From positions 3,968,001 through 4,032,000 of the forward strand of contig OZ024756.1 of the NCBI GenBank assembly GCA_964016885.1: a DNA stretch of 64,000 bases, written 5' to 3'. The first letter of the stretch is position 1; each line of letters starts with the position of its first letter. Shown piece after piece: positions 48,301-62,941 of this stretch. The notes under the pieces are model-generated. The model was not told the DNA's origin. It saw only the letters and a list, made by a program, of their open reading frames with translations, and did no database searches. A program made the position numbers and the translations under genes. Source of the stretch: Eledone cirrhosa (lineage: Eukaryota).

Positions 48301-48821
48301 TTCAAAGATGAAGCAGAGGCGGTGTTTCTGTGCGTAATAGCCATGGCGAAAGAGGTTGTATGGTGGACGCGTCTGAAAGGACTGAGGTCAGACACCTTTC
48401 TCTCTGGCCAACAACTGGTCCGTTTCTTCCGATATCATTTCGGAAGAAGGATCAGGATGGAGAGAGAGGTGCTGCACCCCAGCCGTTTCTATGAAAGATG
48501 GGTGAAAGTGGCGAGAATGGCCCGTGTGAATGGGCCTTCACTCTACATCAGACTATAGGTGAGGAAGATGAAAGACCAAGGGAGCACCCCTTCTCTGTGC
48601 TCCTGAGGAGAAGGGTTGCACACTTTTTTCGGGGGTGTGTGCGACCCCCCAAGGCGCCTCCTCTCTATTGAGGATTTTGTTAAAAATTTTATTTTTTGTT
48701 ATATCTTATTTTATTTTTATATTTTGTTATTGCCTCCTCCTTATTGAGGACGCCTTTTTGTGTAAACTCCCCCCTTTGTACTTGTCCCACTTTTGATGCC
48801 CTAGTGGCAAATAAAAGAAAC
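45311..48821 (+). mobile_element. Tx1/L1-clade LINE, young copy, 5'-truncated within the endonuclease
   Basis: Uninterrupted ORF2; 3' UTR ends AATAAAAGAAAC; embedded in a (TATCTAACTATCTACC)n array. Confidence 0.96.
45370..48558 (+). CDS. ORF2 polyprotein: AP endonuclease (N-truncated), reverse transcriptase and C-terminal CCHC zinc motif, 1062 aa
   Basis: GDWN, TWTW, LDRFL, SDH, YWKLN, SPGLDG, FRPITLLN, LDQSKAFDRV, RQGCPLS, YADD, GGLG, CPRC..ETVAHALVHC; frame is open back to 45313 (GGVVVLL). Confidence 0.95.
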   Translation: MVHLDPEGRLVVLDLGSGKGGAFRLVAAYGPFGSMRPDFFHRLETFLGTSRSLLLVGDWNGILDARWDYVGACPDREGCNSLKGLIGRFDLADRYRLDFPTAPTWTWANRSGSSRSYLDRFLVRIKDKDFLSCPKMRMVGYSDHKLVTCMVNLDRTHRQGPGYWKLNLSLPASRAYRNRISTLVKERLTGAIVNSRWWVSLKREIRVVSIEFSKVLAADRNRKERELIDRVEEAIRSGDVARVLASRTALSQFFDAKHEGCVVRSKIRALGNEGTKAVSWARVTEANSGTKSTIRSLRDLDGRAILEPKQMCEAFQRHFARLFGRGGEPVGNVDFGPYLDGLPRLSDREAKSCEEPISAAEIEDVLSQCGKRKSPGLDGLPYELYLAMPDLFPDLLEAVYCNWQQNGRIPCAVTKGVVTLVRKDENKGDEISNFRPITLLNTELQILAKVLAKRLALVVGNLVGDAQTCAIPSRSIHDNLHLMRYIIERVGNEPGFGGALINLDQSKAFDRVDHGYLDAVLAAAGFGPVFRGWITAMHSSRICSRVKVNGYLSEPFKIARSIRQGCPLSSLLYVLTLEPLLRKLELLQGIPLEPGLRKAVSAYADDVTVMVSTASEIEAVGTLLEEYEKFTGAKLNRDKSIGLQLGTWRGRPMPSDGVVGRWTEGPVKLLGVWFGPDLQVEKNWAEVTNRVFALTQKWASCKLSLKGRAEVANTYIASVIYYRLTVVPCPRETLTKMERALFQFLWKRRAPMVRRSICCQHPSKGGLGMPWLMMRKHALRLRHLYVFLTGQPVWASFVRRTFPRLVSLTELQSWVKQRPRKLGAWHTECAQALTALWQADPVISGDSTATFYRGLVRSRCDDALGEALDMEEDELASLFGRTFSPGPMDNFQKSLAWQCYRGALPVRERLYRHGRPGRDPAKKICPRCVCDEETVAHALVHCSGVADLWGYVEQLLSRVGPIRLTTESIVMIKPPPPFKDEAEAVFLCVIAMAKEVVWWTRLKGLRSDTFLSGQQLVRFFRYHFGRRIRMEREVLHPSRFYERWVKVARMARVNGPSLYIRL

Positions 48822-49541
48822 TTATCTAACTATCTACCTATCTAACTATCTACCTATCTATCTTTCTCTATGTGTACCACTTTTCTATCTATATATCTTC
48901 ATCTCTATCTACTCAACTCTCTCTCTATCTCTATCTATCAATCCATCTATCTATCGGTCTTTCTTCATTGCCTTTCTGCTTCAATCTTTATCTATTTTGC
49001 CATTGGTTTTTATTTAATTTATTTTCCTGCGTGTATATATGTGATTGCCACCCCACCGCCTTCTCCCTCTCTCTCCCGTTCTCCCCCCTCTCTCTCCCAT
49101 TCTCCCCCTCTCTCTCCCGTTATCCCCCCTCTCTCTCTCTCCCGTTCTCCTCCCTCTCTCTCCCGTTCTCCCCCACTCTCTCTCTCCCTCCCATTCTCCT
49201 CCCTCTCTCTCCCGTTCTCCTCCCTCTCTCTCCCGTTCTCCTCCCTCTCTCTCCCTTCCGTTCTCACCCCTCTCTCTCCCGTTCTCCCCCTCCTCCCTCA
49301 CTCCCGTTCTCTCTCTCACTCTCTCTCTCGCACTCTCCGTGCATATGTTTCGATGTGTGTGACTAAGTTTCCAAAGTTGGACATTACATTTCAGTGGGAA
49401 TGGCGGAGTGGAGCGATAATTAAAGAGAAAGAGAAATACAAAGAGACAGAGAGGAAGAGAGAGAGAGAGAGGACGGAGTAAATTAAAAATTGATAGTGAT
49501 ATATATAGATATATATAGATATATATATATCGTGTGTGTGC

Positions 49542-49603
<62 letters not shown>

Positions 49604-49944
49604 TTTGATGAATAGAAAGATACGCCTATGTCATCATGAAAATGTGGCCTCCATATACATACCAAAGCGAGGCTGTCTGTTTCAAGCAGTGAGGCATTAA
49701 TGACTTAAGCGACCATTTTAAATTCAGAATTCAATGAATTTCAACAATGTTGGCAGTCCACTGGATGCCAAGTATTTTTTTATACACAGTGGGGAGTGTG
49801 GGGAATGACTAGGATTTGTGAGTATTGTTTTAATAGATGGGCCTCCGTCACTTTCGACGAAGTGTTGCAGGTGTTTGATCAACAAAGAGGAGGAGGCGGA
49901 GGTGGATTATGATGTTAGTGATATTTGTTATTCGATTGATTATT

Positions 49945-50660
49945 ATGATGGCGATGATGATGATGATGATGATGGCGAGGGCGGCATCGAAGATGATGAT
50001 GATGATGATGATAGCGATGATGATGATGATGATAACTATAACGACAACGATGATGATGACTGACTGACGACGACGACGAGGATATTGATGGAGAGGGTGA
50101 CGATGATGGGGTGATGGCGTTGATGACGATGATGATGACGGTGATGGCGTTGATGATGGTGATGATGATGATGATGGTGATGGCGTTGATGACGATGATG
50201 GTGATGGCGTTGATGACGATGATGATGGTGATGGTGATGGTGTTGATGATGACGACGATGATGGGGGTGATGGCGTTGCTGATGATGACGATGACGATGA
50301 TGATGGTGATGGCGTCGATGACGATGATGATGGTGACGATGATGACGATGGCGTTGATGACGATGATGATGATGGTGATGGCGTTGATGATGATGACGAT
50401 GATGACGATGGTGATGACGATGGTGATGGCGTTGATGACGACGATGATGACGATGGTGATGGCGTTGATGACGACGATGATGACGATGGTGATGGCGTTG
50501 ATGACGACGATGGTGATGGCGTTGATGACGACGATGATGACGATGGTGATGGCGTTGATGACGACGATGGTGATGGCGTTGATGACGACGGCGACGACGT
50601 CGATGAAAATGATAAAGGTGAAGGTGACGACAACAACAACAACAACAACAACAACAACGT
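49945..50660. repeat. (GAT/GAC/GGT)n trinucleotide array
   Basis: Direct inspection. Confidence 0.95.
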
Positions 50661-51180
50661 TGCTAATACATCTAAGACCTGATTGATTATACACGCTGGT
50701 TTAGTTCAAACTATCTATACACCTGACTTTAAAGATTGACTAGCGATACTCGGTAGCGAATGTCACGGCAGGAGGGCTGCCATGGAAATATAATGAAGGG
50801 GTCAGTTAGTACTAACCCCTTGTTTAACATAAACATAGCTTTATTCGGCCTCCACCGGGACGACCGTCCATTTTCACACTTGTTTCTAGTTATTCAACCA
50901 TGTTTCATCACCCTAACTGGGATTGACTGCTATGCCAAGTGCAAGGGCCCTTTACATGGACCCTTCACAGCTTATACACTTAATCCCTTCCCCGCAGGGA
51001 GCAACTAGTTGGGACATGTTCGGCATCTTGTTTAAAATTGTCTCCTTTTACTCTTCTAATTACTCACACTCTCTCCCGTAATTTATATACATATATATAT
51101 ATATAAACACAAACACACACATATATATATATATAAATATATAAACACACATACACACATATATATATATATGTATATAT

Positions 51181-51216
<36 letters not shown>

Positions 51217-51322
51217 TTATATATACATATATATATATATATAAACACAAACACACACATATATATATATATAAATATATAAACACACATACACACATAT
51301 ATATATATATGTGTGTATATAT

Positions 51323-51364
<42 letters not shown>

Positions 51365-51672
51365 TTATATATACATATATATATATATAAACACACACAC
51401 ACATATATATATATATATGAATATATAAACACACATACACATATATATATATATATGTGTGTGTATGTATATATAAACACACACACACACACACACATAT
51501 TTATATATATATACATATATATATATATAAACACACACACATATATATATATATGAATAAATAAACACACATACACATATATATATGTGTGTATATATAA
51601 ACACACACACACACACATATATATATATACATATATATATAAACACACACATATATATATATGTGTATATAT

Positions 51673-51739
<67 letters not shown>

Positions 51740-51767
51740 CATGCATACACATACAGGGACACACACG

Positions 51768-51799
<32 letters not shown>

Positions 51800-51878
51800 C
51801 ACATACACACACAATATATATACCATCTCTATCTCTTATCGTCTCTATTTCTGTTACTATCTGTAAGACTATCTATCT

Positions 51879-52219
51879 CAGCCGTTTCTATGAAAGATGG
51901 GTGAAAGTGGCGAGAATGGCCCGTGTGAATGGGCCTTCACTCTACATCAGACTATAGGTGAGGAAGATGAAAGACCAAGGGAGCACCCCTTCTCTGTGCT
52001 CCTGAGGAGAAGGGTTGCACACTTTTTTCGGGGGTGTGTGCGACCCCCCAAGGCGCCTCCTCTCTATTGAGGATTTTGTTAAAAATTTTATTTTTTGTTA
52101 TATCTTATTTTATTTTTATATTTTGTTATTGCCTTCTCCTTATTGAGGACGCCTTTTTGTGTAAACTCCCCCCTTTGTACTTGTCCCACTTTTGATGCCC
52201 TAGTGGCAAATAAAAGAAA
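51879..52219 (+). mobile_element. 3'-end fragment of the Tx1/L1-clade LINE
   Basis: Nearly identical to 48480-48820; flanked by TATCTATCT on both sides. Confidence 0.95.
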
Positions 52220-52490
52220 TATATCTATCTATCTATCTATCCTTGTCCCTATCACTTTATCCTTCTCTCCCTCTCACTCCCTCTCCCTCTCCTCCATCTC
52301 CCCCTCTCTCTCCCTCTCACCCCCTCAATCACCCTCTCTAATTTAGCTACATGTCCATCATATACTGTTAATGTCTTACCTCTCATCTTTTATCTCACCC
52401 TCTCGTGTCTCTGTATCTAATACACACATACGTATACAGACTCTCTCTCTCACACACTCTCTGTCTCTCTCTCTCTCACACACTCACACA

Positions 52491-52534
<44 letters not shown>

Positions 52535-52791
52535 TCACTCAGTCTCTCTCTCATCACTCTCTCTCTCTTTCCTTCTCTCACTCTCTCTTTCCCTCTCTCA
52601 CTCTCTCTCTCGCTATTTCACCCTCTGTTTCCCTCTCTCCCTCCCCATCACCGCCCCCTCTCTCCCCACTCTCTCTCACTTATGTATGTATGTGCGCATG
52701 TCTAGCTCTTTACTTCCGTGTCCCAACACAATTCTATTTAATCTCTTTAATTCCCTGCAAAATCTCAGAAATACTCCTTCGTAGTTTAGTG

Positions 52792-52829
<38 letters not shown>

Positions 52830-52837
52830 GATCTGTA

Positions 52838-52891
<54 letters not shown>

Positions 52892-52899
52892 GATCTGTA

Positions 52900-52977
<78 letters not shown>

Positions 52978-52985
52978 GATTTGTA

Positions 52986-53077
<92 letters not shown>

Positions 53078-53085
53078 GATTTGTA

Positions 53086-53134
<49 letters not shown>

Positions 53135-54443
53135 ATGTATGTGTATATAAAGTCGTTAGAGAGTTGCTTGTACTGAGTCTCTGTATTCTTTTGTTCGGTT
53201 GAAATGTCCACTTTTTCCCTTTTCCATGGACCTCTCCCAAACTATGATAAATGGTATTTAGCACAGAAGCCATCTTGGGAGATTGAATCCAGAGTCCAAG
53301 GCTGGCGAAGTGGATTTCTTAAACATTTGACCTTACTACGTCCACAGTGGAACGACTATTACCGCCCTATATGTTCAAACTAGAACCAGACAGCTTAGAA
53401 CAGACGGTACAGGGGCAAAGAGGAAACGAATGGTTCCTTCAGCTGGAGTGTTATATACCTAGATGATGATATGTGCTTCTGGATTTCCAATGGTATCATT
53501 CACTTGTAGTATTGTTCCTCGCCTGTTTGTAGTCTTTGAGAGGCCTTACTCCATCTTGTCTTTTGTACGCTTCGCTTCATATATCTACTCATGTTTGCTC
53601 CAGCCTCTCTACAATCTCATCTGATCTACCTTTCATCATGCCAACATGTATGGAAGTAGCCACAAAACTTTGTAACTCACAAAAATAGGAATAACATCAC
53701 AGGGTTGGTAGTTTTGTATAGGTTTCCTGCTTCTGAACTGAAGGGATTTTGTGCGGCAATCCTGCCACGTTCGACAAGAAATTTTACACATCAATTGTTA
53801 GATATTTTTTTTTTAAATTGCTTTCTATTTCCCCATTTACTAAGGAATTATTTAAATGAATTATCACTGACATGCTAGGATCCCAAAAGAACATAGCTAC
53901 AAATCGACCTCCTTAACCACAGAACCAAATTTGTACAAAATTGTGAATTTTCGGAGTCGTAAATACGACAAAGGACTTGCAGTCTTAAACACATAAATGA
54001 CTGGCAGTAAATTCTTCGGTTCTGTACGATATGTGTTCAAATCCCACTGGGAAAAGTTTGACATGATCAGACTAGAATCGTCTATTTTTGAGACATCCAA
54101 GATAACTCTTATGAACTTCATCCTCATAGGAGACCAGCTAAACCAACGCAGGTATGTTCTCTGCAGCCATTACTGATACCATTTTACTCAGGAGAGCAAA
54201 CCTTAAGGTTTTCTTCAAAATCTAATTTTTTTTCTCGCGAAATTTCAAGTTGAAAGTCGTTCGCATCAACCTCACCAGTTACAAAAGATCCAGCTAAGGC
54301 CATGAGTACTGTATCTCCTCAAAGAACCAAATAATATTTTTCATCAAGGGCACTGATATGACCTGTTGAGAATGTGTCAAATCCTACCCCTATCGTGCTA
54401 AAAGAGGCACGAGACACTGAATAATACCGCCTTATCTATAATA

Positions 54444-54628
54444 TAATTGTTTCTGCATTTGGCACAAGGCCAGCAATTATCCCAGTGTATTACTGGTACT
54501 TTATTTTATCGACCCCGTAAGGATGAAAGGCAAAATTAACCTCGACGGGATTTGAACTCAGACCATAAAGAGACGTAACTCTTTGCTGCAAAGCATGGCG
54601 TCCGACCCTCTACCGATACTGCCAATCC
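54444..54628 (-). mobile_element. SINE family A, full-length copy
   Basis: Same motifs in reverse complement. Confidence 0.92.
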
Positions 54629-55216
54629 AAAGGAAGGAGTGCGGGGAAGCCTCCATTTTATATTTTTTTATCCAGTTAGTAAAACATGTTGGATTACTTT
54701 GAATAAATAATGAAAGTATACTTTATTGATTACAAAGTTCTGTGTGTATTGTCAATTACGATTTTATTTGACGTATCATATCTACATATATATATATTTG
54801 CGTATAATATCAATATACACAGTACACATATTAGCAGTAAACCACCCGGGGATGGTTTTTCTGCTAGTATATTTAATCTTTTATACCTTTACTGGTTTCA
54901 GTTACTGGAATGAAAACCTGAGTTGTAGATGTAATTCAAACTGGCGGTCGTGTCACGCGGTGTCACGCGGTGTCACGCCGTGTCACACTGTGTCACTGCT
55001 TGTCACGCCGTGTCACACTGTGTCACTGCTTGTCACGCCGTGTCACACCGAATCTCCCTGAGAATTACGGTAATGATTCACGTGTCCCTGAAATACTCAG
55101 CCACTTCTATGTTAGTTTCAATAGCAGGCTGTTCCGCTGTTGTAACAACTGGAACACTTCTCGTTGTCATCGACGGAATACCAACCTACAAACACATATA
55201 CAGCTATGTGTGTGTA

Positions 55217-55277
<61 letters not shown>

Positions 55278-56147
55278 TGAAGTAGGTGGAGAGCGTAAGA
55301 GAATAAAATGAAAGGATAAACAGTGTGTATATGTGTGCAGGGGAGAGAGGGAATAAAAAGTGACGGAGAAAGAGTGGGTGTGTATTTGTTTTTTGTGTGT
55401 GTAGGTATACACGTGTGTGTATGCGAGTGTGAGGAGGTATGCGTGTGTGTGTAGGTACATGTGTGTGTGTGTGTGTAAGTACAGGTGTGTGTAGCTATAT
55501 ATGTGTGTAGGTATGTGTGTGTGTGTGTGTGTATCTGTGTGTGTAGGTGTGTGTGTCTGTGTGTAGGTATATGTGTAACTATGTGTGTGTGTAGGTGTGT
55601 GTTTCTGTGTCTGTGTGTAGGTATATGTGTCCGTGTGTGTGAGTGTGTGTCCGTGTGTGTAATTGTGTGTGTGTGTGTGTGTAGAGGTGTGTGTTTCTGT
55701 GTATAGGTATATGCGTCCGTGTGCGTGTGTGTAGGTGTAGGTGTGTGATTGTGTCCGTGTGTATGTGAGTGTGTGTGTGTAGGTGTGTGTAGGTGAGTGT
55801 GTGTGAGTGTGTGTATGTGTCCGTGTGTGTGTGTGTGGAGGTGAAAACGGAATCTTTTAATCCGTGGTTCAGTTTTTGACATCTCCACAAAACCTCTCAA
55901 GTTCTACTTCCATATATTCCTCCATTTATTTGGCATTAACTACCAACACGTGTCTTACCTTAACTACTTGTTACCTCCCCTTGCCTCACCGCCACATGGC
56001 ACACTATGAAGAGTCATGTACGTCTACACACACATACACACCAACACACCAACACACATACACACCAACACACATACACACGCACATATATACCAACACA
56101 GCTACACACATACACAGCAACACACCACACACATACCACACACTTTC

Positions 56148-56194
<47 letters not shown>

Positions 56195-56502
56195 GCATAC
56201 ACACAAACATAAACATTCTCTCCCCCTTCTCTCTCTCCCCCTTCTCTCTCTCCCCTTCTATCTCTCTCCCCCTTCTCTCTCTACCCCATCTTTCTCTCCC
56301 CCTTCTCTCTCTCCCCTTCTCTCCCCCTCTCTTTCTACCCCTTCTACCCCCTTTTCTCCCCCCCCCTCTCTCTATATATATGGTGCAGATAAGGGTTTTT
56401 TCGTTGAGCTTTTTATCTAATTGATTAATTGTATATTGTATTGTGTGTGTCTGACATATTCTATTTAATTGTTGGCAATGTTGTATAAGGAAACATTACA
56501 CG

Positions 56503-56534
<32 letters not shown>

Positions 56535-56809
56535 CATATATCTATATATATATATATATATAATCTCCAAAATGACTGACTTAATACGCACGTGTGGTTT
56601 CTTTTCTCATTTCTTTTCACTCATTATGTTTTATCTTTTATTTCTAATTATATTTTCTGATGGCGGATTGGTGTCCGAAACGCCACGTTATTATTTCAAG
56701 CGTAAAACTAATATATTTCTTCAATGTACTGAGTCGTTTGCTTTTCTATTTCTGTGTACCTTTTACACACACATACACATACACAAAAAAAAAATATATA
56801 TATATATCA

Positions 56810-57350
56810 TTTCTTTGAAACCACTGCGGGCAAGGACGTCGTTGCAATAAGGAGCCGAAGCTCTAAAGATGTCCTCATTGGCTGAGAGACCGGAAATTTT
56901 GGGTGAAACGCTTTTAACTAAGTTATCTGTGATATTTTTGGGGTGGTTCGAACTGATATTTATGTATCTAAGGGATTCGTTAGTTTTGTGGTACGGGTAA
57001 TAAAGGGAAGTATCTAAATCTAGAGGGACATCTAAAAAGTTGGCCCTAGTCATATTTGATTCTGTGGTTATTCTAAATCCTAGATTACGGAAGAACGAGC
57101 TTAAGGTTTTTCCAACACCCATCAGTGGTTCCGGGGTTTACTTTGGCGCAAAGCGAAAAGGCTATCTTCTCGGTATAAACCTCCGGTTGGGCATGTGAAG
57201 AGGTTCTTCAGGTGGTGTAAGATTTACAGGCCCACGGGGTCACTAACTTCAGCCGAGTCACTTGCTCCCATGCTGACGTCAAATGAGGTCTCAGACTTCT
57301 TGTTAATCCAGTAAAGTCCCTCGTAGTGTAAAAAGGTCTTAGGGCATGGA
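56810..57350 (-). pseudogene. Penelope-like reverse transcriptase fragment (decayed)
   Basis: FDVSMGASDSAEV..VGL*, GLYRED (YRDD motif), ANFLDV.LDL...YYPYHK....YINISSNHP...IS.LS.NE.IF. Confidence 0.88.
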
Positions 57351-57449
57351 GGATCACATTCTGCTCAACGTAGATAGCGTATATACGTTGTATATACCCT
57401 ATTTATGATATTCTCCAAAGGGAATGCAGTAGGCGATACAGCTCGGCGT

Positions 57450-57605
57450 CAGTGATATTGCAACTTATTTCTACAACTGAGTGAACTGGAGCAACGGGAA
57501 ATAAAGTGTTTTGTTTAAGAACACAACGCATCACCCGGTCCGGGATTTGATCTCACAACCTAACGATTGTAATTCCAACACCATTAACACTAAGCCATTT
57601 GCCTT
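57450..57605 (-). mobile_element. tRNA-derived SINE family B copy
   Basis: GGAGCAACG.GAAATAAAGTGT..TG..AAG.ACA.AACGCATC.CCCGGTCCGGGA matches 27440-27514 in reverse complement. Confidence 0.78.
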
Positions 57606-57864
57606 CACATGGGTGAACCGACATTTAACCTGCCATGACAGGATTTGAACTCAGAACTTAAAGGGGGGTAACTAAATAATGAGACAATGGAGGAAGGATG
57701 AGATTGTAGGAGGTCACTTGAAGTAGCATTAGAAATAGCAACCAACCATGCTGTTAATGATACACAACTGACTTGAAAACAGAAGGACACATAGTAACAA
57801 TGTAGTCCTACCTAATGTATGTCCAAGACGAGGAAGATCTTGTTATGGCTGCCATGTTTTGTAA

Positions 57865-58808
57865 TGACAACACCAACAGTAACAACAATAATAGTGACAA
57901 AAATAACAGCAGCAAAAACAACAACAACAGTTATAACAAGAAAGGCGTACTCAAGGCTACCATGTTCGATAAAGATGATGACTGAGACATAACAACAACA
58001 ATAACATCAGCAGTAACAACTAATAACAACAATACCAACAATAATAACAACAGCAACAACAGCAACAATAACAACAGCAATAGCAGCAGTAATAACACCA
58101 GCAACAATAACAGCAACAGTAACAACATCAATAACAACAGTAATAACAACAATAGCAGCAACAGCAACAACAATAACAGCAGCAGTAACAACAACAACAA
58201 TAATGGTTTCTGATTTAGGCACAAGGCCAGTAAAAAAAAAGCAACAATAATAACAATGACAGCAATAGTGACAACAGTAACAACAGCAACAATAGCAGCA
58301 ATGACAGCAACAGCAATAACAACAGTAATAACAACAATAAGAGTTACAATAACAACAACAACAGTAACAACGACAGTAACAACAACAGTAATAACAACAA
58401 TAACAGTAATAACAACGATAACAATAATAATAACAACAACAATAACAGTAACAGTAATAACAACAACAACAACAGCCACAACAACAGCAACACCAATAAC
58501 AGCCACAACAAGCAACAAAAATAAGAATAGCAACAACAGCAACAACAATAACAACAACAGTAATAACAACAACAACAACAACAACAATAACAACAACAGC
58601 AATAACAAAAACAGCAACAACAACAACAGCAACAGAAATAACAACAACAGCAACAACAATAACAACAATGACAACAGTAATAACAACAACAACAATAACA
58701 ACAACAACAGCAATAACATCAATAACAGCATCAGTAACAACAACAACAACAACAACAACAATGATAGCAACGGTAATAACAACAGCAACAGTAACAACAA
58801 CAACAACC
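57865..58808. repeat. (CAA/CAG/TAA)n trinucleotide array
   Basis: Direct inspection. Confidence 0.95.
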
Positions 58809-59280
58809 GTGCAAGATTGATGCTACTTAACAGCAATCATCAAATAGTTAAGTTGGTATTTCATACAAGTAAGAAACAAAAAATCACCAACAAACCCTGG
58901 AGGTCGTCAAAGTTTCAAAGAAGACAGATTGTGTTGTCATGTCACTAAATATATCCAGATCTGACCCCTACTCCTTTAACATCGCCACCCACAAAAATAG
59001 TCTACCTCCATTAACCCGCCCCCTTATCATCGCCAAAACTTTAGCGATTAAATAGGCGGAGGAGGAGAAGTGGTATTGAGACGTAAGGTGGCTATTCGCC
59101 ATCGATAGGGGAACACGTGTAGCTAGCAAGACATCCAATATCTCTCAGATCTCTGTCAAAGATCGTGTTAGAACGTGGCTAATATGAGAGGAATTTTAAT
59201 AACTTGTCATGTGTACAGGACCGTTACATGGATATAGTGTCGTACTTGTGATAAATATGTAAATAATGCATACAACGGCG

Positions 59281-60590
<1,310 letters not shown>

Positions 60591-60644
60591 ATAAATCAAG
60601 GAACCACGAAACGAACGAACAGTAGGAGACAATAACTTATAAAT

Positions 60645-60972
60645 AATTGTTTCTGCTTTTGGCACAAGGCCAGCAATAACCCAGTACATTACTGGTACTT
60701 TATTTTATCGACCCCCGCATGGATGAAAGGTAAAGTTAACCTCGGTGGGATTTGAACTCAGATCGTAAAGGGACGTAACTATGCTGGAAAACATGTCGAC
60801 TCTCTACCGATACTGCCAATTAACTGCCCGTATAACTTATAAATAATTGTTTCTACTTTAGGCACAAGGCCAGCAATTACCCAGTGCATTACTGGTACTT
60901 TATTTTATCGACCCCGTAAGGATGAAAGGCAAAGTCAACCTCGGCGGGATTTGAACTCAGATCGTAAAGGGA
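60645..60972 (-). mobile_element. Two tandem SINE family A copies
   Basis: 60645-60820 and 60843-60972. Confidence 0.9.
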
Positions 60973-61005
60973 TATATAATGTGTATTAGTTTCATGCTTG
61001 GAGAA

Positions 61006-61052
61006 AGTGTTACATAGCCAACGTATCGGGAATTTGCCCTTCATCAGACACT
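61006..61052 (-). ncRNA. Hammerhead motif with a GAAA>GATA core change (probably inactive)
   Basis: Reverse complement reads AGTGT-CTGATGA-A-GGG(CAAATT)CCC-GATA-CG(TTGGCTA)TG-TA-ACACT. Confidence 0.7.
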
Positions 61053-61241
61053 CGGATTATCCTTGGACCACACCAGGATATACATCCGGACTCCTACGTT
61101 TGACTCTTTGTAGTAATAGAAATATACAGACATGTATATAATGTGAAATGAAACTGGAAGGCCCCATATATATATATATATATGTGTGTGTGTATGTATA
61201 TATATAAATGTGTGTGTTTGTATACATATATATGTATGTGT

Positions 61242-61275
<34 letters not shown>

Positions 61276-61340
61276 ATGTATGTGATCTATATGCACTGGT
61301 CATAGACACACACACGTATTTATATATATATATACACATT

Positions 61341-61385
<45 letters not shown>

Positions 61386-61522
61386 CGAAGGAATTGTGCT
61401 AAGGAACCAGATGGACCATAACGCACCAAAGTACTCAATACTTAGTGTAGTAGAGTGGGGAATAGGAACAAGTATAACCCCGACGGCAGAGCTCAAGCCG
61501 TTTCGACGGCTATTACTGGACT

Positions 61523-61602
<80 letters not shown>

Positions 61603-62091
61603 CACCACCACCAGCTCTCTCTCTCTCTTCCATTCTCCTTCTGTCTCCTCTCCCTATGTCTCACTTTCAATCTACTCTCTCACAGCCACTATCTCTTTCT
61701 CTCTCTTTGTTTATGAAGGTACCCGGAAAACCCCATATCTCGGGAACCTGTGGCCCAATTTACCCGAAACTTGTTTTATCCCATTTGTATTCCCATTTCA
61801 GGGGCAACTTCCTTTCAAAGTATTTTCTCATTATGCGCCCTTTGGGCTGTATTACATTACAGACAGGCAAGCAAGTCAGCAATCGCGAACTTTTATATAT
61901 ATGTATATATATATATATAACCACTATTGGAATTGTAACAATCAACACCGTAGGAGTATGTCGCATATCCAATCTTATATATTTTGATTATGAGAATATT
62001 TTTCATTTATTAATATTTTGAATAATATATATATATATATATATATATGCAAAAGTTTTATTTAAGATTGTTGGGTTACAACGAGTAAATA

Positions 62092-62134
<43 letters not shown>

Positions 62135-62190
62135 TTCGTTTCTGAATTTGTTTAGCAAGATTCTTTATCTGAAATCGTGTGTTGAAACCG

Positions 62191-62880
62191 ATATTGTTAT
62201 ACTTTGGGAGGGTCATGTTGCCAATAAGAAACACACGCACCAGTTGCTTTCACTTCAATTTATTATAATAAATTTATAATAAATTTACAAATTTATAAAT
62301 TTCTGGTTGGTTGGTTGGTTGGTTCCACAACCAGATAGTTGTTTATATATAGTCATAGTTCTTTCGTCACACACTCTGTGACCTCTTCAGTGACTGGGGA
62401 TTCCTTTCTTTGTTTCTGTGCCTCTCCTTTGTTCTGTCCTACGCCATTTTGTTTCTGTGTGTGTGTTGTGTGCTCAGTCTGCGCATGCGCCACATCCGGG
62501 TGTCTGTGTGTGTTTATGTTCATTTATTTATTTGTTTATTTACATGTTACTGGTTGGTTGTTTGTTCTATGTGTGTGTGTGTTTTCATTTTGTCCTTAAT
62601 TGTAAGTTGTGATGTTGCTGTTCCACTCATATTTTCTATTTAATTTTGGTTGTAATTCTTTTATGTTTATTGCCTCTGTAATTTGTCTAAACATTGCGTC
62701 TTTTCTGTGTGTAGATTCTATTTTTATTTCTATGTTCTCTAATTTACCCTTGTGTTCTATTTTACCAACCAACCAGAAATTTATAAATTTATAAATTTAT
62801 TATAAATTTATTATAATAAATTGAAGTGAAAGCAACTGGTGCGTGTGTTCCTTATTGGCAACATGACCCTCCCAAAGTAT

Positions 62881-62888
<8 letters not shown>
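62191..62888. mobile_element. Non-coding element with ~125-bp inverted arms (62191-62315, 62764-62888) and an internal hammerhead; related to the 8877-10553 element
   Basis: Shared ATATTGTTATA.TT.GGGAGGGTCAT terminus, CTACGCCATTTT and TCAGTCTG motifs. Confidence 0.82.
62351..62395 (-). ncRNA. Type-I minimal hammerhead ribozyme
   Basis: Reverse complement reads AGTCA-CTGAAGA-G-GTCACA(GAGTG)TGTGAC-GAAA-GAAC-TA-TGACT: perfect stems I and II. Confidence 0.88.
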
Positions 62889-62935
<47 letters not shown>

Positions 62936-62941
62936 TATATA

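Noticed and set aside
54830-54869. Hairpin ending in CTAGT as a Helitron 3' end
   Set aside because: Too short, with no identifiable 5' end or second copy in the window
56657-56692. CTGATGG-C-GGA(TTGGTG)TCC-GAAA-CGCCACG as a functional hammerhead
   Set aside because: Core A9 is missing and stem I is poor; counted only as a probable relic
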